This document shows, piece after piece, positions 6,903 to 10,914 of a stretch of 10,914 nt of DNA. Where the stretch lies: contig JAZDCZ010000325.1 in assembly GCA_036679605.1 (NCBI GenBank), forward strand, positions 1 through 10,914, written 5' to 3'. Made by a program: the position numbers and the translations under genes. Origin of the DNA: Gemmatimonadota bacterium (GTDB lineage: Bacteria; Gemmatimonadota; Gemmatimonadetes; Gemmatimonadales; GWC2-71-9). Position 1 is the first letter of the stretch, and each line of letters starts with the position of its first letter. The notes below the pieces were generated by a model, which did no database searches, was not told the origin of the DNA, and was given only the letters and a program-made list of their open reading frames with translations.

Positions 6903-9650
6903 TTGAAGATTATCGAACTCAGCGAGAAGGCTGCAAGCGAGGCCTTCGATGAGATCGCCGGAGCTTCGGTCGAGCTTTCGACGATTCTCGATGAGTCGGG
7001 ACGGTATGGCGATGCGAGAGCGGTGAAGTGGGTTGTGCCGGTTACGTCGGGGACGGTGCATCGGATCGAGGGCCTTTGCCTATTGGCCGAGGAGGCCGGG
7101 TACGGTCTAAAATTTGACGTATCGCCCGATCTTACTGAGCGCGAGCGGGCTTTCTTCGATGATATTTTGGGAGCCCGCGCGGACATGGTCACGTCAAAAC
7201 TCGCTCGATTGAATGCGCAGATAAATGCACAATTGCACGAGTACCTGTCGTTTGCGGGCGAGTGTCTGAGGTTTTCGGTACGTATGGGTTTCGCGGCTAT
7301 GAGCAGGCGCCCTGTTCAAGCCGCCCCGTTTCGGAACATCGCCCTGGTCGGCGTCTATGGTTTCGAGCATGTTGGCGATATGGGGATCCTCGGCGGGGTC
7401 CTCCTGCGCATCCATCAGCGCTTCGGCGTGAAAGAAGCACAGCTTTTTAGCTATCGGCCCGATTACACCAGGCGGTTGGCTGCGGGTCTGGACACTCCGG
7501 TTTCTCTCCAGGTGCATTCGATCGAGCCGGCTCTTGCAAAGCGTATTCTAAGGAACGCCGATGCTGTTGTTTGGGCCGGTGGGCCTCTCATGGACCTACC
7601 GCGAGTTCTCATTCGCAATTTGTCGGCGGTGTATTTGATGAAACGGCTCGGCCGTCCATTCCTTCTTGAAGGGATCGGCGTGGGCCCCTTTCGGCGTTCG
7701 TTGAGTCGTTGGGCCGCGCGTCGGATCGTCAGTTCGGCTCAGCACATATCGGTGCGAACCCAAGGCGCAGCCGCGGATCCCGTCCTCGATGGAGTCAATG
7801 TCGATATAGGCCGCGACCCTGCGTTCGATTACCTGGAAACACGCCGGCGCGAACTCAGTCGGCTGAACCCCCGCGAAGCCGAATCGGTGCAAGCCCTTCT
7901 TCGCGGCACCGATGATAGACTGTGTATCGGTCTCAATATACGCAAAATTCGACATTTCTACCGTCAGCAGAGTCCATCTGATTGCGCGTCCATGGAGCGA
8001 CGCTTCATGGATCAGCTCGCCGACGGGCTGACCCGTTTCGCCCACGAATCCTCGAGGCCTGTGTCCTATATCTTCTTCCCGATGAACCTTATTCAGGTAG
8101 GAATGTCGGATCTTGGGGCGGCGTTCAGCCTTCGCCGACACTTGGGTAGCAAAGTCGACCTGCGGATTTGGCAGGCCGATCCCGACGTGGATGACGTGGT
8201 GTTTCTTCTGCGCCGACTGCATATGGCGGTGACGATGCGTTTTCACGCAAGCATTTTTGCACTTTCTCAGGACCTACCGACAATTGGTATCGACTACCAA
8301 GCCGGCGGTAAGGTAGAAAACTTGTTCCAGGATCTCGGTCGGCCGCAGGACGTGTGTAGGATGGAGAGCCTTGATGCGTCCTGGCTTTACAACACCACGG
8401 TACGGGGAGATATTGTGAACGTCGGACATGATCGGATCTTGGCAGGCGAAGTCGTTTTGCTCCGTGGTGCGATGCAACGACACGGAGTATTCGGCGGCAT
8501 GTTGTCTGCCAGTCTCGCGGGCGTTACCAGGGTAGTCGGCAGCGATGTGGCGGATCGCATCGAGAAGGCGGGCATCGAACACATCCACGATCTAGTGCCT
8601 GCGAACCGACTTCCCGGGCTCACGGATGCCGTATACGATGAAATCACGCGTATAGCTCCGGGCATGTTGTCCGAACTAGTGCCGTCGATCTTCCGAGATG
8701 CGCGCAACTTGTATTTCGAGCGTTGTCCGAACGTGCGGTTTCTGATCCCGCACGAGATCACGGTGAAGAATCGACACGATTACGCGGAGTTCATCCGTGC
8801 GCGTGGCGAGGGCAAGATCACGCCACACGGTCCTCACCGAGATAGTTGGCTCGACTGTCCTGCGAACTCGATCAACTTGTGGATTGCTATCGGGCCGGTG
8901 CGTTCGGGTAACGGACTCAGCATCTACGAAAGCGTGTACGGGAGAGAATTCGCGTTTCAGCCGAACGGTGAGCTTCGCCATGGAGAGAATCCCGGACCGG
9001 CATCTAACTACGATATGGATCCGGGCGACATCCTGATTTTCCACGGCGACCATGTCCACGGCTCTGAACTCAATCGCACCGACGAAACCAGACACGTCGT
9101 GAGTTTTCGAATCACCATGGGTCGCCCGACGTTCCCTCGCGATCACCATCATAACTATGTCTCGGATAGGATGAGCAGGGGGCCGTTCAAGGCGTTGGCG
9201 GAGATTCCAGCGCAGCTGCAATGGAGTCGCCTTCGTTATGTAGCCTCGCGGGTCGTCGACAAACTCACGGGTGGAATGCTCGCTCGCGCGGCCCGGGACA
9301 AAGCGGATCCGAAGTCCGGGATAGAGACGGCGGGAGATAATACGAGCTTTGTTGCCGACCGCGATCTCCCCCGGGGCCGCCTGCTTGCTCTTTCCAGCAA
9401 GGTCTGTGTGGCAAGAATGCAGGATGGCAGAGTTCTAGCGTTTGCGCGTCGTTGTCCTCATGAGGGTGGCGATCTCGCCGACGGTAGCATCCGAGACGGA
9501 CAGATTCTTTGCCCTTGGCATAACCTCGCGTTCGATCCGGTAACGGGGGCCACTTCCTGCTCGGCTTTCAGGAACCTGCGTACCTATGCCATCGAGCGCG
9601 AAGGTGAGGGCTGGCGACTATCTGCGGCCACCGGCGAGGGGGCGTCGTAG
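6903..9650 (+). CDS. Multidomain protein: unknown N-terminal ~140 aa + polysaccharide pyruvyltransferase (CsaB/WcaK-like) + PhyH-like Fe(II)/2OG dioxygenase + Rieske [2Fe-2S] domain
   Basis: Uninterrupted 915-codon ORF. Pyruvyltransferase motifs: IALVGVYGFEHVGDMGILGG, ADAVVWAGGPLMD, GIGVGPF, ISVRT, DPAF, IGLNIR, VTMRFHASIFAL, IDYQAGGKVENLF. Dioxygenase motifs: PHRDSW (H645-x-D647), INLWIAI, NGLSIY, MDPGDILIFHGDHVHGSELNRTDETRHVVSFR (distal H719). Rieske motif: C851-P-H-x16-C870-P-W-H. The TTG start at 6903 is uncertain. Confidence 0.85.
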   Translation: MKIIELSEKAASEAFDEIAGASVELSTILDESGRYGDARAVKWVVPVTSGTVHRIEGLCLLAEEAGYGLKFDVSPDLTERERAFFDDILGARADMVTSKLARLNAQINAQLHEYLSFAGECLRFSVRMGFAAMSRRPVQAAPFRNIALVGVYGFEHVGDMGILGGVLLRIHQRFGVKEAQLFSYRPDYTRRLAAGLDTPVSLQVHSIEPALAKRILRNADAVVWAGGPLMDLPRVLIRNLSAVYLMKRLGRPFLLEGIGVGPFRRSLSRWAARRIVSSAQHISVRTQGAAADPVLDGVNVDIGRDPAFDYLETRRRELSRLNPREAESVQALLRGTDDRLCIGLNIRKIRHFYRQQSPSDCASMERRFMDQLADGLTRFAHESSRPVSYIFFPMNLIQVGMSDLGAAFSLRRHLGSKVDLRIWQADPDVDDVVFLLRRLHMAVTMRFHASIFALSQDLPTIGIDYQAGGKVENLFQDLGRPQDVCRMESLDASWLYNTTVRGDIVNVGHDRILAGEVVLLRGAMQRHGVFGGMLSASLAGVTRVVGSDVADRIEKAGIEHIHDLVPANRLPGLTDAVYDEITRIAPGMLSELVPSIFRDARNLYFERCPNVRFLIPHEITVKNRHDYAEFIRARGEGKITPHGPHRDSWLDCPANSINLWIAIGPVRSGNGLSIYESVYGREFAFQPNGELRHGENPGPASNYDMDPGDILIFHGDHVHGSELNRTDETRHVVSFRITMGRPTFPRDHHHNYVSDRMSRGPFKALAEIPAQLQWSRLRYVASRVVDKLTGGMLARAARDKADPKSGIETAGDNTSFVADRDLPRGRLLALSSKVCVARMQDGRVLAFARRCPHEGGDLADGSIRDGQILCPWHNLAFDPVTGATSCSAFRNLRTYAIEREGEGWRLSAATGEGAS

Positions 9651-9704
9651 GCAGATCAACTAGGCGGATTCCGATCCTGCCGGCGGGCGCGTGAGCTGTC
9701 TGGG

Positions 9705-10913
9705 TCAGTAGCGGTAGCTGTCCGTCTTGTACGGTCCTTCGATCGGTACGTCGATATAATCGGCTTGCTCTTGGGTCAGGGTCGTGAGTTTGACGCCGAG
9801 CTTGTCGAGGTGGAGACGCGCAACTTTCTCGTCGAGGTGTTTGGGCAGAACGTACACCTTCTTCTCGTAGCGATCGAGATGCTGTGCCAACTCGATTTGC
9901 GCGAGTGTTTGGTTGGTAAAACTGTTCGACATCACGAAGCTCGGGTGGCCGGTGGCGCAGCCGAGATTGAGCAATCGTCCTTCGGCGAGAATGAGCACGC
10001 TGTGGCCGTCCGGGTGCACCGATGTGCCGGGGGCGAAGGTAAACTTGTCGTACTGAGGTTTGATGTTCGTATGTACGACCTTGCCCTTGGCGATGAGTTT
10101 TTGCAGGTTGGCCATGTCGATTTCGTTGTCGAAGTGTCCAATGTTGCCGACGATCGCGCCGTCTTTCATCCTCGTCATGTGGTCGGCAGTTATGATGTTG
10201 AAGTTGCCGGTGGTGGTAATGTAGAAATCGGCGTAGTCGAGAACGTCATCCAGGGTGAGGACTTGGAATCCTTCCATCGACGCCTGTAGAGCGCAGATAG
10301 GGTCGATCTCGGTGATGACGACGCGCGCGCCCTGGCCACGCAATGACTGAGCGCAGCCTTTCCCTACGTCGCCGTAGCCGCAGACGACGGTGACCTTACC
10401 CGACATCATCACGTCGGTGGCGCGGTTGAGTCCGTCGATCAGCGAGTGGCGACAACCGTAGAGGTTGTCGAATTTACTCTTGGTGACCGAGTCGTTTACG
10501 TTGATAGCCGCGAACAACAGCGTGCCTTCCTTCTCCATCTTGGCAAGCGCCTTGACGCCGGTAGTGGTTTCCTCGGTGACGCCGCGTACTCGTTCGGCTA
10601 CTTTGTGCCAACGTTGGGGTTCTGTCTTGAAGCACTCGGCTAGTTTTTTTAATACCTCTTTGAACTCTACGTTGTCGGTGGTCTCGGGGCCGGGCACCGC
10701 TCCTGTGTTCTCGAACTCATAACCTTTGTGGATGAGTAAAGTCGCATCTCCTCCGTCGTCTACGATCTGATCGGGGCCCGTGCCGCTGCCGAAGTCCAGA
10801 GCACGCTCGGTACACCACCAGTACTCTTGGAGGGTTTCGCCTTTCCAGGCGAAAACAGGAATGCCTGCCGGATTATCGGCGGTGCCGGTCGGTCCCACTG
10901 CTATGGCTGCGGC
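9705..10913 (-). CDS. ahcY: Adenosylhomocysteinase (S-adenosyl-L-homocysteine hydrolase); 5'-truncated by the window
   Basis: The frame is open to the window end ([27 protein letters not shown]). Diagnostic motifs: [106 protein letters not shown], and C-terminal [10 protein letters not shown]. Confidence 0.98.
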   Translation of the reverse strand, partial: AAAIAVGPTGTADNPAGIPVFAWKGETLQEYWWCTERALDFGSGTGPDQIVDDGGDATLLIHKGYEFENTGAVPGPETTDNVEFKEVLKKLAECFKTEPQRWHKVAERVRGVTEETTTGVKALAKMEKEGTLLFAAINVNDSVTKSKFDNLYGCRHSLIDGLNRATDVMMSGKVTVVCGYGDVGKGCAQSLRGQGARVVITEIDPICALQASMEGFQVLTLDDVLDYADFYITTTGNFNIITADHMTRMKDGAIVGNIGHFDNEIDMANLQKLIAKGKVVHTNIKPQYDKFTFAPGTSVHPDGHSVLILAEGRLLNLGCATGHPSFVMSNSFTNQTLAQIELAQHLDRYEKKVYVLPKHLDEKVARLHLDKLGVKLTTLTQEQADYIDVPIEGPYKTDSYRY

Positions 10914-10914
10914 G

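Noticed and set aside
7596..9221. Several minus-strand ORFs (216, 104, 124, 181 aa) antisense to the fusion gene
   Set aside because: Shadow ORFs expected from codon bias; none has motifs.
9651..9704. Bidirectional terminator between the fusion gene and ahcY (GGCGGAT-tccg-ATCCTGCC)
   Set aside because: Short bulged stem with no U-tract on either strand; not enough to call.
9765..10722. Plus-strand ORFs antisense to ahcY
   Set aside because: Mirror frames of a highly conserved gene.
9705..10913. Functional link between ahcY and the glycan cluster
   Set aside because: Convergent orientation and no methyltransferase in the cluster; most simply a housekeeping neighbour.

Overview
A GC-rich bacterial window with seven credible coding regions. 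It opens with the 3' end of a DMSO-reductase-family molybdoenzyme alpha subunit (EbdA/steroid C25 dehydrogenase-like, + strand, truncated by the window start). It closes with the 3' part of adenosylhomocysteinase (ahcY, - strand, truncated by the window end). Between them is a small glycan export and modification cluster in mixed orientation: a membrane-anchored sulfatase-fold protein with Thr at the usual Cys/Ser nucleophile position (+), a Wzx-type flippase (-), a GT4 glycosyltransferase (-), a CE4 polysaccharide deacetylase (+), and a 915-codon ORF (+). That last ORF is the most unusual feature. It joins a polysaccharide pyruvyltransferase domain, a PhyH-like Fe(II)/2-oxoglutarate dioxygenase domain and a C-terminal Rieske [2Fe-2S] domain in one reading frame, suggesting oxidative tailoring of a surface glycan. 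Also notable are a head-to-head gene junction with only 12 bp between the starts and a hairpin-rich 340-bp intergenic region. I saw no rRNA, tRNA, CRISPR array or mobile element. All calls come from manual motif recognition, with no database searches.
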